A stretch of 64,000 nucleotides of DNA from the human T2T-CHM13v2.0 reference genome, Homo sapiens: NCBI RefSeq assembly GCF_009914755.1, contig NC_060925.1; one strand, written 5' to 3'. The position numbers and the translations under genes were made by a program. The notes under the pieces were generated by a model. It was given only the letters and a program-made list of their open reading frames with translations. It made no database searches and was not told the origin of the DNA. Positions 31,895-47,984 of the stretch are shown piece by piece. Every line of letters begins with the position of its first letter. Position 1 is the stretch's first letter.

Positions 31895-33411
31895 CTAGAC
31901 AGGTTAAGAAAAAGTGTAATTTTAAAACACATACCCTTGGTTTCTAAATCCTATATTAAAAAATAGCCTAATTGTAAACAAAATTTAGCTGTAGACACAA
32001 AAATCAACTTGGATCTAACAGCCTAAGTAACAGAACTATTGAGTTTTCCCCTTAACAAAACTGATTTAATATTAGGCTTAAGACACTCTTCCCATAATTA
32101 TTTTACTTCCCTGCTGGCAAATTTAAACTAATTTTTTAATCAGTTTTCTCAGGTTGAATCAAGTTCACTTTTGAAATGTAAAGCCACATCAGAAAATACG
32201 TTTTAAGAAACTAAGGCATTTGCCAGTTAGGCACCTAATCGTCTGAACAAAGACCTTGTCTACTAATACTGAGCAAACCCACATCTGGGCCCAATTACAC
32301 AGATTCATTTAGATACAGCATTTTTTTTTTTTTAAGCCCCCGAGACGGGAGTCTTGCTCTGTCACCCAGGCTGGAGTGAAAAGTACAGTGCAATTTGCTA
32401 ATGCACATCCTGCACATTTCTGGAGAATTATAATAAACTTATCTGCAAGTGAAGCAGGCCTCCTCTTCTGTAATCTCTCAAAACATCTGGAATATATTGC
32501 ATATATTATGAAAGGGACATCTTTTTCACAGATGCCCCACCGTTACAACGTGTACCTTTGCTTAGTTTAAAAATTGACTTTAATACTTTATGCAAATAGT
32601 GCCTGTCCCAAATTCTAGCATGCACATGGATCTACCAACAAAAAAACTAAGTTTTCAGTGTGTGAACATAAACTTCAAATTAAACCTCTGATGCTTTAGC
32701 CCATGTATCAATTACCAACAGATTTTCTTCATCAATGTCTGCAGACCACATTCATGATTTCTATAAGACAGAAATAGAGCAGATAAACTATACTGTATAT
32801 GCTGAGTACAGAATTTGTGGGAACATAATGCTGCAAATGAAAGCTACAAACACTCTGTAAATAGCTTAGAAAAACTAGTAATAGAAATCACCAAAGTACC
32901 AGCTAATAACGGTGTTATAAGAGTACACTGTTAACTGAAAATGAAAAAAATAAATGTATTTTTTGAGACAGGGTCTCGCTCTGCTGCCCAGGCTAGAGTG
33001 CAATGGTGCCATCTTGGCTCACTGCAACCTTAGCATCCTAGGCTCAAAGATCCTCCTGCCTCAGCCTCCCAAACAGCTGGGACTACAGGCATGCACCACC
33101 ATGCCTGGCTAATTTTTGTATTTTTTGTAAACACGCGGTTTTGCCACATTGCCCAGGCTAGTCTTGAACTCCTGGACTCAAGCCATCTGCCTCATTACAG
33201 GCATGAGGCACCATGCACGGCCAAATAAAGCTCATTAATCTCCCATTTTCATGGGTTTGACATTGCCTATCTTCAGATTTGCTACTTTGAATTTAGCACA
33301 TTATATACATCTCTAGACTTCCCAAAAAGTATAGTCTAAGATATAAGTGGCTAATCAGATTTGACAGTTGGCTTTCTGAAAGTTTTGTTCCGACAAACCT
33401 AGAATACTTAC

Positions 33412-33563
33412 TTCAGGCTTTGCACCATTACTTGATACACCTATTCCACGGCTTGTTTCTTTGGCTGAAGGAACAGTTCTGAGACTAGCTGGCAAGTCAA
33501 TGTTGGTTGTTCCTAGAGCTTTCGCTGCATTGGTTTTTGCTATTTCTAACAGCTCCATTCGAT
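33412..33563 (-). CDS. RSRP1: RSRP1 exon 3 ([18 protein letters not shown]...NGAKPE)
   Basis: Poly-T AG acceptor and GAA|GTAAGT donor; 152 nt. Confidence 0.96.
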
Positions 33564-34705
33564 CTAAAAAAAAAAGAGAGAGATTTTAAAATACTCATTA
33601 ATCTGGTAGTTATTTCCCAAGAGAACTCAGAATTACACAATAAATATGTTATTTTGTGGTATTAAATATATTAAGTCACTTGTTTTATAATAGGTAAACT
33701 AAGGTTGCCCTTGAACACTAGTAGCTGCGCTGGTCCACTTTATACTTGTTTTTTCTCCCCCTTACTAAATGCAGATAGAAAGTACCACAGTGTTTGAGAG
33801 ACTGTAAACCCCAAGTGTGCGCGAGGGTTCCATATGCATCCTGGCACCAATCCCCCGAGTGAACAGAGGGACAACTGTGTAACTTTATTCACTGAAAATT
33901 CTATTCTCCAGCTCATTTCTTGCTGAAAAGAATAAAATTCTTAAATTATCTCAACAATTAGTTTTGTTTTCTTGACTAAAGGCCTGAGCGTCCTATTATT
34001 TTGTCTTTTTGTTGTACTTAATTTTCTCTAGCTAATAGTGATATTATTTTGCTTTCTCTTCAAAGATGTATTTCTGAAAACCAGGTTTTTCTGCTGTAGA
34101 TTCTTTATATAATTATCACAACCACTGAACCAATACTGATACACTACTAAAGTGTATTTCTACCACCACCCCCGGCTAATTTTTGTACTTTTACTAGATA
34201 GTGAGCTATGTTGGCCAGGCTGGTATGGAACGCCTGGCCTCAAGTGACCCACCCGCCTCCGCCTCCGCCTCCCCAAGTGCTGGGATTACAGAGGTGAGCC
34301 GCCGCGCCCGGCCTCCTAGGTCACTTAGGATACTCGACAATCCAATTTTATTCAGTAATAATGTCAACTAAAAGAAGGCGTGTTTTGATATTGTTCTTCC
34401 CAATCACGTTAACTTAGAACCTTTAACTTAATCATAACATTTAAAAGGCTCCACCCACTAAGAACAGTCAGCCAATAGGAAAAAAAGTTCCCTACATCCT
34501 GAGCCATTTAACATCCAGTTGACCTTTAACCCTAAAGAGAATGCTGTCCACTTAAATACAGGTAATGTCCTCCCTCTTTCCTCCAAAAAGATTTCGGGCA
34601 CTAAAGGAACTAATATTGAAACTACACAGCAACGTTGGTTCCCTAGCCTACTCATATACTGCCACCATACATTACCACAAATGGAAAGGTAAATGACCCA
34701 CCCAC

Positions 34706-35225
34706 CTTTTTCACTTAAGCGAAAGGGGGTTCTGCTCCGCGACCTCGTCCTGGATCTGTCCCTCCATCTGCTGTGCTCCTCCGGGTACACTGTGCGACCA
34801 AAGCCGTAGTAGCGCTGTCCCCGCGCGATCGCGTACGCCCTTCCGCAGTACGACCTTCCCCGAGAGCGCGACCTGCTACGGGACCGGGACCGGTACCGCG
34901 AAGGAGACCGGTAGTATCTCCTGGTGAACCCGTAGCGCCTCTCTCGGTAACGGCGGCTGCGGGATCGCGACCGGCTCCGCGAGTATGACCGCGAGTAGCG
35001 CCTGTACTTCCGCTGGTGGCGCCTTCGGGAACGGGACCTGGACTTGCTCCTCCGACTCCTGGACGAAAACCGGCTCGAGACGCGGGAATGGGACCGAGAG
35101 CTTCTGGAAAAAGAGCGGCTCCTAGACCGCGACGACAGCCGGCTGGACCCGCCCGACCGCGAGGTCGAGGGCGAATCCTTCTCCTGCGGCGAGCCCGGCC
35201 ACATGTCGTTCACGTAGTTGGACAT
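34706..35225 (-). CDS. RSRP1: RSRP1 (C1orf63) arginine/serine-rich protein 1, coding part of exon 2 ([13 protein letters not shown]...RTPFRLSEK)
   Basis: RS-rich ORF; ATG at 35225; AAG|GTGGGT donor. The four coding exons sum to 873 nt = 290 aa + stop. Confidence 0.96.
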
Positions 35226-36340
35226 CTTCACCTGCGGCTTTAGCCTGCGCTTTCTCCGGAAAGGATCCCGCAAGCCTCAACTCAGGACTTCCTAAAAAAC
35301 CAAGAGAGAAAAAACAAGTCGAGTCGCGGAAGCCGGCGCCTGGCCACCCGGAAGCCACAGTCGGGGAACCTCCGGGAGGCGGAGCCACGGCGCGGGCGGC
35401 GACCGCCGCGACAGGAACCGAGCCCTAGAAACCCCGCTCGGCGCCCTGAGGCCGCGGCCTTGAAGCGAAACGCTGCGTTCCCCAAACGCGGGGCCCGGCA
35501 CGTTTCCCGTCCCTCACTCCTGAGAGACCACTGCGGTGGTCCTGAGAGACCCCGTCAGCAGAAAACTTACCGCACGCCGTCGACGCCTCCCTCACGACTG
35601 AGAGAAAGGCTCAACAGACGCCTTCCTTTCGGAACGTAAGACGAAGTGGGGCTTTTAGTCCCTGCTTTCGAACGGCGAATTCCACAACCTCCACCTCCTA
35701 CGTCCGGATGCGCACTGAGGGACTACGTTAGCAGACGCGTCAAAAGTACCAGAAGCTGGCCCCCGGCGCATGCGCAGAGATGTTCCGTGGTGGGCGCGGC
35801 TCTTCTCTTGCCCAACCACCGCCCTGCCTCCTCCCTCCCCAAGCCGCGCCCTGTGCCTCGAGCGCTTGCCTCCAGGGTGCGCATGCGCGATGGGGCTCCA
35901 GGGGGAGGTGTTTGATACATCAGGGTGTCCCGTTGCCCTTGGCTTCCCCCCTGATCTGAGATAATTGCGGGACCGACCCAGTCACCAGAAAACTTCGAAG
36001 ATGGAACGGCCCCGCGTGGGGCTACACCAGGCTCTGGCCTCACTGCACGGGCGGGGCTGGACGTCAGTGCCGGGCGGGGAGTAGGGCCGGGAGAGGAGCG
36101 GCTGCAGGCTGGAGAGGGCTCGCAGCCGGGCTCGGAGCTGGGGCCGTCTGACGGGCTGGTGCCCACAGGGTCGTTGCCGCCACCCACCGGCAAGTCGCAG
36201 ACCCGGCCTGAGCCTCCCTGGACCCTTCCTGGCCTCTTCCTCCTGTCCTAGGTACCGCGGCGCCAGGAGAAGGCGACCGCGTCCACACCCCGCCATGACA
36301 GAGAGGGGACCTCACCCTCCCCCGGAACACCCCAAGACCC
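34730..36340. promoter_or_regulatory. RSRP1: RSRP1 CpG island and promoter with two NRF1 sites
   Basis: High GC and CpG content; GCGCATGCGC at 35766-35775 and TGCGCATGCGC at 35878-35888. Confidence 0.88.
35571..35720 (-). other. RSRP1: RSRP1 non-coding exon 1 (5' end approximate)
   Basis: GCG|GTAAGT donor at 35570 inside the CpG island; the exon 2 acceptor TTTTTTAG|G is at 35291. Confidence 0.75.
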
Positions 36341-37093
36341 CTGGAAATGCAGTATTAACGTAGAAAAGATGTTTTACTTCCATGTTTTGGCTAGGAAGGT
36401 AATAAGGTCGAGACAAAATAAAAAGACTCAAAACTGACCTTTAATCTGGGGATAATAATGAAGTCTGCGATATCTCTTCCAAAAACTGTGTTTGGTGTGA
36501 GTGTAAACAAAGGTGACTATTTTACTTCTAGGGATCTACAAATGGGATGCATTTCAAACACTTCTTGTAATAAAGCATAACAATTGCCTTGAAAATTGTG
36601 GGTTAATTGCCTTTTTTTTTTTTTTTTTTTTGAGACAGGGTCTCACTCGCCCAGGCTGGAGTGTGGTGGGGCCATCACGGCTCACTGCAGCCCAGGCTCC
36701 CGAAGAGCTGGAACTACAGGCATGCACCACCATGCTAATTTTTGCACTTTTTTACCCACGGGATCTAACTGTGTTGCCCAGGCTGGTCTCCAACTCCTGG
36801 GCTCAAGCGATTCTTCCGCCTCAGCCTCCTGAAGTTTTGGGATTACAGGCGTGAGCCACTTTGCCCAGCCTATACACTTCTTTACAAGTACATTTTGACA
36901 AAAGCCACTTTCTTTAGAGGGAGACACAAACTCACTCATCTCTTGTTCATCTTCACCCCACATCTCCGCAGTTCATCCACATCTCCTGAGGATGCATCAT
37001 GATGGAAGTAGTTCTTAAACAGTTTCTTCTCTAAATCTCAAGACAGTGAAGATACAATGCCCATCCATCAGAAACCTTTGCCGAAAGTTCTCA

Positions 37094-37478
<385 letters not shown>

Positions 37479-38193
37479 CTAAAGTATACTTACGATACAG
37501 TTTTGAGCTCTTGGTTATGAATAGGAAAGGATGGAACAAGTCTCCGTAGACAGTTCAAAGTATCAGTCAATGTGTGCCTAAAAAATGGTGACCAGAAAAA
37601 TCCTAATTTTTTTTTTTTAAGACAGTCTCGCTTTGGCGCCCAGGCTGGAATGCAGTGGTGTGATCTTGGGCTCACTGCAACCTCTGCGTACTGGGTTCAC
37701 ACAATTCTTGTGCCTCAGTCTCCCGAGCATCTGGGTTTACAGACGTGCACCATCATGCCCAGCTAATTTTTTTTGTATTTTTAGTAGAGATGGGTTTTCA
37801 CCATGTTGGCCAGGCTGGTCTTGAACTCCTGACCTCAAGTGATCTGCCTGCCTCGGCCTCCCAAAGTGCTGGGATTACAGGCGTGAGCCACTGTGCCCAG
37901 CAAATCCTGGATATTAACAGGATTTTGGAAACAGTGGGAAACATTACTTTGCCCTCGTGCAGAATGCTGGTGTATTTGTCTCAAAAACATACGCGGTCTA
38001 CCTGAGTTAAAGTCTGCAAAGTCACCTTCCTTTATTTCTCTAAACAGTATATATTCTCTGAGCATCTATCCACTCACCTAATGAAAAAAATTCAACTTTA
38101 GTTATTAGAACATCTAGCACCGAATTTGTAGGCTAATGTAGGCAGAAATAACATCTTTACAATAGCAAATCTTCCCATCTAAGAATGTGACAA

Positions 38194-38709
38194 TGTTGTA
38201 ACCAAGCGAGATAGAGAAACGCCACACTTGGAGACAAATTGTGGAGTCCTTTATTAGCCGGCAACCGGGAGACAGCTAGCGCTCAAAATTCTCTCGGCCC
38301 TGAAGAAGGGGCTAGATTTTCTTTTATACTAAGGTCTAAATAGGGGAGGGGGGTTTAACTGAAGCAGTTTTACAGAAGCAGAATAGGCAAAAAGTTAAAA
38401 AAGTTAATTGGTTATAGAAGCAGTTACAAAAAATAAACAGTTCCAGGTACAGGGGCTTAAACTATCACTAAGAGATAAATGCGGGGGCTTTAGGTACCTT
38501 CCACCGAGCACATTCCCAGGAGCTGCTGGTACAGCTTGCCTCAATATCTTATCAGCAGGTGAATTCCTGGATGTGCTTGGAGTCAGCTTGCACTAGTTAC
38601 TCCCTTAGGGGGATAAAGAGGGCTGCAAGCAAAGAAACTAAAATGGAGTCTGTCCGGCTCTGTCTGCTAGGAGAGAGTCACTCAGGTTTAAACAAGGTAG
38701 GGTATCACA
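38194..38709 (-). mobile_element. ERV1-class solo LTR (LTR6/HERV-S71-like)
   Basis: TG...CA termini; 4-bp target-site duplication ACAA (38190-38193 and 38710-38713); minus-strand TATA and AATAAA. Subfamily assigned from memory. Confidence 0.72.
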
Positions 38710-38754
38710 ACAAGTTTTAAATGTGCCATTTAAGTTGGTTTTTTGTTTATGTCC

Positions 38755-39606
38755 TTCATTATGGTTGGCAAACCAATCGCCTCCCAAACATGTCCATTCC
38801 CTAATTTCCTGGAACCTGTGAATATGTTACCTTAAGGTGACAAAAGGAATTATGCAGATGTAATTAAGGTTAAGGATCTGGAGATGAGATTATTCTGAAG
38901 TATCTGGGTAGGCCCAATCTAATCTCAGGAGAGAGTCAAAGCATGAGAAGAATTCCATGCCCTGTTGCTGCTTCTGAAATGTAGGGGCGGGCCAGGCGCG
39001 GTGGCTCACGCCTGTAATCCCAGCACTTTGGGAGGCCAAGGCAGGCGGATCACCAGGTCAGGCATTTGAGACCAGCCTGGTCAACTTGGTGAAACCCCAT
39101 CTCTACTAAAAACACAAAAATTAGCCGGGCGAGGTGGCGTCCGCCTGTAATCCCAGCTACTCAGGAGGCTGAGGCAAGAGAATCACTTGAATCCAGGAGG
39201 CGGAGGTTGCAGTGAGCTGAGATCACACCACTGCACTTCAGCCTGGGCAACACAGCGAGACTCCATCTCAAAGAAAAAAATAATTAAAAAAAAAAAAGAA
39301 AGAAAGAAATGTAGGGGCTTATGTGCAAGGGCAGGGAAAGAACTCTAGGGGCTAATGGTGGCTTCCAGCTGACAGCCAGGAAACAGACCTCAATCCCACA
39401 TCATAGAACTGAATTCGGCCAACACATGGATGAGCTAGTGTTGGGGATCTTCCCCTAGAGCCTCCAAAAAGAAACAAAATGTGACTGACACCTTGACTTT
39501 AATCTGGTGAGACTCCTCACCTATAGAACTATGAGATATTAAATTTAGGTTGTTTTAAGCCACTAACATTATGGTTATTTATTACCACAGCAATAGGAAA
39601 ATAAAA
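38755..39606 (+). mobile_element. MLT1C/D-like LTR interrupted by an Alu (~38989-39300)
   Basis: GGAACCTGTGAATATGTTACCTT...GCAGATGTAATTAAGGTTAAGGATCT; ends CAGCAATAGGAAAATAAAACA. Confidence 0.65.
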
Positions 39607-39618
39607 CATTCAGTATAA

Positions 39619-40029
<411 letters not shown>

Positions 40030-40152
40030 TAGAATCCTCTAAAAGAGGTCTCCATCCTTCTTCCTCATATCTTAGAGATAACCAATGTTAACAGTTTAAC
40101 GAGTGCCCTTCCACAGTTTTCTTCAAGACATGTCAAATATACCCACATATAG

Positions 40153-40487
<335 letters not shown>

Positions 40488-40791
40488 TAATTTTTTTTTT
40501 TTTAGTAGAGACATGTTCTGTGTGGGGAGTGCACAGGTACAAGCAAACACACAGCACTCACACATAAGTGCAGATTGTAAACTACTTTAGGTTCATTTAA
40601 GTATAAAATAGAAGGTGCATTGAGCAAATAGCAGTGAGGAAAAAAAAACAATCAGCATATATACACTCACCAGACAATGGAGGATTCATCACCAGACCGG
40701 GAAGCAACAGCCTGGGCTCCAGAGTCAGCCACTGGTCCATGCACAGAGAAGGAGAGGTCTCGTGGAGCTTCAGCGTAGTCTGGGACCCTGA

Positions 40792-41129
<338 letters not shown>

Positions 41130-41605
41130 CTAGGCACAAGGGCCTTTTGTCATTGGACTCAAGGAACACGGAAAGGTCAGCCTATTTTCAAGGTTTTGTT
41201 TATTGCCTCGAGGCAGATGATGTATTTATCAAGAACAATCAGTATGTCCATCCGTTCCTGAGCAAGTGCCCAGGGACAGATTTCTGGCACGTAACCATTC
41301 CTTGTGTTCAAGTCCAATTGAGTTCAAATTTAATATTTAACTTTTACTCCACAAGAAGGGGTTTCACCATGTTGGCCAGGCTGGTCTCGACCTCTTGACT
41401 TCAGGGGATCTGTCCACTTTGGCTTCCCAAACTGCTGGGATTACAGGCATGAGCCACCACATCGGTGCATACAGAATTTTTGATGAATATGGGCTCGTTC
41501 TAAACAAGTTGAAACTTATAATCAACATCCTTTAAGAGAAATCACATAGATCTAATGTGTTTTGGTTTATCAGCTGTATCGTATTCCATAGTTTAGAAGT
41601 ACTAG

Positions 41606-41800
<195 letters not shown>

Positions 41801-42689
41801 TAGTAGAGATGGGGTTTCTCCATGTTGGTCAGGCTGGTCTCGAACTCCCGACCTCAGGTGATCCACCCACCTCGCCTCCCAAAGTGCTGGGATTACAGGT
41901 GTGAGCCACGGCGCCCGGCCTATGCCCCATTTTTTATTCATGGACATGCATATGGTTTCCAGTTTTTTCACTAAATACAATGCCTCAGAACCATCCACAG
42001 ATATCAGAGCAGTCACAGAGCTCCTCCACAGGCCCCTAATCCACAAGCCCAAGGTCAAAGAGCCATGTACAAGACAAAGTTGGAGCAGCTGATTGCAGTG
42101 AAAACCCCAGCACTGCTCCAGGAGTTTCCTCCAACGGTGGTGGGGGTCAGCTTAGCTCTTTCAGACAGGATTAGAGGAGCGTATCCAAAGTGTGAGAGCT
42201 ACAAAGAGGAAAAAGGAGCTCTGAGTGATTTTGACACAGATGATACATTTGTTGATCTTAGATCAGAGATTAGTTGAGATTAGACATCTCCGTTGTTAGG
42301 GCTGCTATAGAATCATAGCTACAGTCACCAGTAAAGCATTCAAGGCAATTAACACATCAACAAACATGGCCTTTTTTAGGATGTCCCAAGGAATTCCTGC
42401 TGCTGGGTGAACCATCACCCCATAGGAGCTCACTCCACTGTTTGCAATTACTGAGCCTTGGTGTAAGTCAGCTGATCTTCCTACTGCTCCTCTTAGTGAT
42501 GGTTTCCTGGGTTGATAGCTGTAGTGTGGAAATATCAGGCTTGCAGTGCTATACAGGAGGCACCCTTGATAAATTTAACACATCTGTTCCCTGCCATGAA
42601 TACCTAGTATGTGAAGATGCTATCTGTAATATTCACCAGGGAAGCCGATGACTCTGTCCAATTACAGCCACCATATAGAGATGTTATGA

Positions 42690-42830
<141 letters not shown>

Positions 42831-43778
42831 TGAGTAGCTGGGATTATAGGCGCCTGCCACCATGCCAAGTAATTTTTTGTATTTTTAGTAGGGACGGGGT
42901 TTCACCATGTTGACCAGGCTGGTCTCGAACTCCTGATCTCGTGATCTGCCCACCTCAGCCTCCCAGAGCACTGGGATTACAGGCGTGAGCCACCAGGCCC
43001 AGCCGAATAGTTCTGTATCACATCATTCAGCTTTGGGGGGTGTCTACTGAAACCAGGGCAAGCAAAAGGACAACACACAAATCCAGATATGTATTTGTCA
43101 ATATTATTCTTGATAAGTCATACAGGTGCAATTACTGGTAGTGTCACTACAACGGAAGAACCGATTGGTGCCTCTGTGTAACTGAGAATGAGACAGTCAC
43201 GTCCGTGCCTAATGGCCATCTGTATTGCTTGAGGACTGGTCTGCTTTGCACAAAATATAACTCTTCCACGCACACTTTTGCTCACTACGGTGTTGCTACT
43301 CAGTCAGAAGAGCCATCTCAACCATACCCACCTTAACATCAGAGAAACCATTATTAACCATATATGGATTATGTTACACAAACTTCACAGGGAATTTAAC
43401 TTCGGTGATGGCACAGTCATGGGCAATGGAATAACTGGAGAATGTCAACTGGGTCCAGAACAGAAAAACGAGAAATACTATAGAAGGCTAAGTTACTGAT
43501 GCTATAAGAGGCTTCCTTTTTGAAGGTTATATGCAGTCTACTTTGTGTCCTGCTCCCCCCAAATCCTTTCACGGCCTCTACTTGATCATACTTAATTTTT
43601 GCAACTTTGACTCAACAACCAAATGATCACAGGTAATGTCTTAGGAGATTTAGCACTTGTCTGGCCCTGTGTAAAGATGAACTGTTCGATCCTCATGCTG
43701 ACAACAAATAACCTTTACTTCAAGGTACAATGCAATGAAGCCATTATTTTTACAACCAGTGAAATGGGATCTTATAGA

Positions 43779-44264
43779 GCAGCAGTCCCCAACCCTTTCG
43801 GCAACAGGGACCAGTTTCGTAGAAGACCATTTTTCCACAGCTGGGGGTGGGGGGTTGTTCTGGGATGATTCAAGTGCATTACATTTATTGTGCACTTTAT
43901 ATTATTATTACATTGTAATATATAATAAAATAGTTATACAACTTGCCATAATGTAGAATCAGTGGGAGCCCTGAGCTTGTTTTCCTGCAACTAGACAGTC
44001 CCATCTGAGGGGATGGGAGACAGTGACAGATCATTAAGCACTAGATTGTCATAAGGAGTGGCAATCTAGATTCCTCGCATGCACAGAGTTCGCTCCTGTG
44101 GGAATCTAATGCTGCGGCTGATCTGACGAGAGGTGGAGCTCAGGCAGTAATGCAAGTGATAGGGAGTGGCTGTGAATACAGATGAAGCTTCACTCGCCCA
44201 CCGCCTGCCTCCTGCTGTGCGGCCTGGTTCCTAACAGGCCACAAATGGGGGGTTGGAGACCACC
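43779..44264 (+). mobile_element. MER1A hAT-Charlie element
   Basis: CAGCAGTCCCCAACC...GGTTGGAGACCAC termini and the MER1A-specific AT-rich interior. Confidence 0.75.
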
Positions 44265-45853
44265 TTCCATTGGCAAAGGGTGATACATATCAACCATTCG
44301 GGCCAATAAAACAAATGTGCTCAGAGAACCAGCTCTGAACGTTGTTCCCATGTTCAGCAACTGTTTCGTTAAACGCTATTAATGGATAAGTTTTTCCTGG
44401 AAGTCTTCTATCCGGATCTTTTTTTTTTTTTTTTTTTAAGAGACAGAGTCTCACTAGCTCTGTTGTCCAGGCCGGAGTGCAGTGGCGCCATCCTAGCTCA
44501 CTGCAGCCTCAACTTCCTGGGCTCAAACGATCCTCCCGCCTCAGCCTACTGAGTAGCTAGGACTACAGGCATGCGCCACTACACCTGACTAATTTTTAAA
44601 AAGAGTGTTTGGTAAAGTCCATGTAGCCCAGGCTGTTCTCACACTCCTGGCCTCAGGCAAGATCTTCCATCCCAGTCAGCTAAAGCACTGCGATTACAGG
44701 CATGAGCCACCATGCTGGGTCCCATTGAGATTTTGTTGCTGTTATTAGACAGAGTCTCACTCAGTCACCCAGGATGGAGTGCAGTGGTGTGATCATGGCT
44801 CACTACAGCCTCAACCTTCCAGGCTCAGGTGATCCTCCTACCTCAGCTCCCACCAGTAGCTGGTACTACAGGCACACACCACCACCATACCCAGCTAATT
44901 TTTTTTGTATTTTTTTGTAGAAATGGGGTTTCACCATATTGCCCAGGCTAATCTTGAACTCCTGGGCTCAAATGATCCTCCAGCCTTGGCCTCCCAGAAT
45001 GCTGAGATTACAGGCGTGAGTCACCGTGCCTGGCTGCCCCATCGAGATCTCACAGGAGGCCCTCACGTGCTTGACTTCTTGTATTATGCTATTGGACCTA
45101 AATCTGATTTCTCTGGAGTGCATCAGGCATCTCACAATGAGTCCACTCACTTGAACAGTTCTTTATGGCGTGTCAAGTTACCTTCACTTGCTTTCCTCAG
45201 TCTATTAGACTGGTTTCTGGATTTGACCTTTTGGGCAGCCTGGCTTGGAGGCATATTATGCTTTGTAACACCTGCAACTTCACTGGGAGCCAAAGCCACA
45301 TGCTGCTTTAAGTAGTATTACTTTTATTGCTATATTACTTTTATTCCTAAAGTGGAACAGCTAGGTCGAAGGAGCTGTGTCATTTAATACACTTCAGTAT
45401 TGCCTTCCAAAAAAGGTTGTCACGACAATGTATGGGAATGCCTTCTTGATCTCCCAGACAGGTTTTCCTCCAATTATAGGTTATCCTGCTTTCCTGTGCC
45501 TCCTATTTTTAGCATTTATCACGCTTGTAATTAAATAATTAAGGTTTTAATTTATTTTTAATGTGTGTTTCCTCCCAGAATATAAATTACATAAGGAGAG
45601 AAACTTGTTCTTACTCTACCCCAGCATTCCAGACAGTGTATTTCATTTGGCATTCAATTGGTGTTTACTGAATGAACAAATGAAAAAGAATCTCAAATAG
45701 GTCTGAAGGGAACAGGCAGAGGGAAAATAATATTTTAGAAACAAAAGTCTTAGCAAACTTGGAGTTAGAAATGCCCATTTTAGAATTTGGGGATAGAAGA
45801 AAAACTAGCTTGACTAGAGCAAAGGGTTTATTGTGGGGAATTTTGGAAAATAA

Positions 45854-46048
<195 letters not shown>

Positions 46049-46446
46049 TGATGGTATTTTTTGTAGACATAGGGTTTCTCCACATTGCCCAGGCTGGTCT
46101 CAAACTCCTAGGTTCAAGTGATCTGCCCACCTCAGTCTCCCAAAGTACTGGGATTACAGGCGTGAGCCACCATACCTGGCCCACAGAAATAGATTTGAGG
46201 CAGACTTTGGGGAGCCATGAGTGTCAACATCTACTTGTGAAGCAGCAGGATCCTCATTCATCAGAAATAATCTATTTCCTAAAAGCTGACTGAATACACT
46301 GAGATGGCAAGTAGCTTTACCTAACTGGATGGGAGGAAAGAAAACGCTTCCAGGATGTGGGGGCAGAGTGTTCCAAAGGCTTTTAACCTTAACATATGCT
46401 TTGCTTAAACAAATACCTGAAACACCTACACTACAAAAATGCATAA

Positions 46447-46575
<129 letters not shown>

Positions 46576-47320
46576 TGAGTAGCTGGGATTACAGATGTGC
46601 ACCACCATGCCGGCTAATTTTTGTATTTTTTGTAGAGATTGGGTTTCATCATGTTGGCCAGGCTGGTCTTGAACTCCTGACGCTGTGATCCACCTGCCTG
46701 GGTCTCCCAAAGTGCTAGGATTACAGGTGTGAGCTACCGTGCCCAGCCGGCAACTAGTGTTCTCATGGGAGAAGAAGACTTTTTGGAAGACCCTGTCATT
46801 GCGTTTGTGAGACTGGCTCCTGCTGTCCTCCTCTCAAAGCTATCTGAGGTTTCTGTTGCTATGACATAAATAATTAGTTCCAATTATTCTCTCAGTAGGT
46901 TCAAAACCAAAAATTTTTATCTACTGAATGAACAAGAATACTGCTTTATGTAATAAAAACTCATTTAAATTTTTAATATTCAGTCATTATACCAAATACT
47001 TTGAGTATTAAAGCATAAAGAATTATCTTTCTTTCTGGAACCAAACAATGAAATAAATATCTCTTAAAAAAAAACTGCATTTGTACTCTTATAAGAAGTT
47101 TGGCATCATAGGAGATTTGGCCTAGAAAACACTTTGTCATTTTAGAGGTGTTATCCAATGTTCGCGCAGGCACTGGAGTCAGAGAAAATGGAGTTGAATC
47201 CTTTCTCTGCCACTCTTTGAGGAGAATCTCACCATTTATTATGCACTGTAGAATACAACAATAAAATACAGCCATGTACCACATAACAACATCTTGGTAA
47301 ACAACAGACTGCATATATGA

Positions 47321-47542
<222 letters not shown>

Positions 47543-47750
47543 TAGTAAAGATGGGGTTTCACCATGTTGGCCAGGCTGATCTCAAACTCCTGACCTCAAG
47601 TGATCTGCCTGCCTCGGCCTCCCAAAGTGCTGGGACCATAGGCCTGAGCCACTGTGCCCGGCCTTGTTTGCTTTTTTAACAGTTAACAGTGTGCTCATAG
47701 AAACTGCTTTGACATGACTGCAATCATGTGCTTCATAGAAACTTAATTAG

Positions 47751-47984
<234 letters not shown>

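Noticed and set aside
34458-35273. 271-aa ORF as the full RSRP1 protein
   Set aside because: It starts upstream of the true ATG (35225) at a non-ATG codon and reads through the exon 2 donor into intron 2. The spliced model gives the 290-aa protein.
35646-36330. Several overlapping ORFs upstream of RSRP1
   Set aside because: CpG-island artefacts; at most a divergent non-coding transcript.
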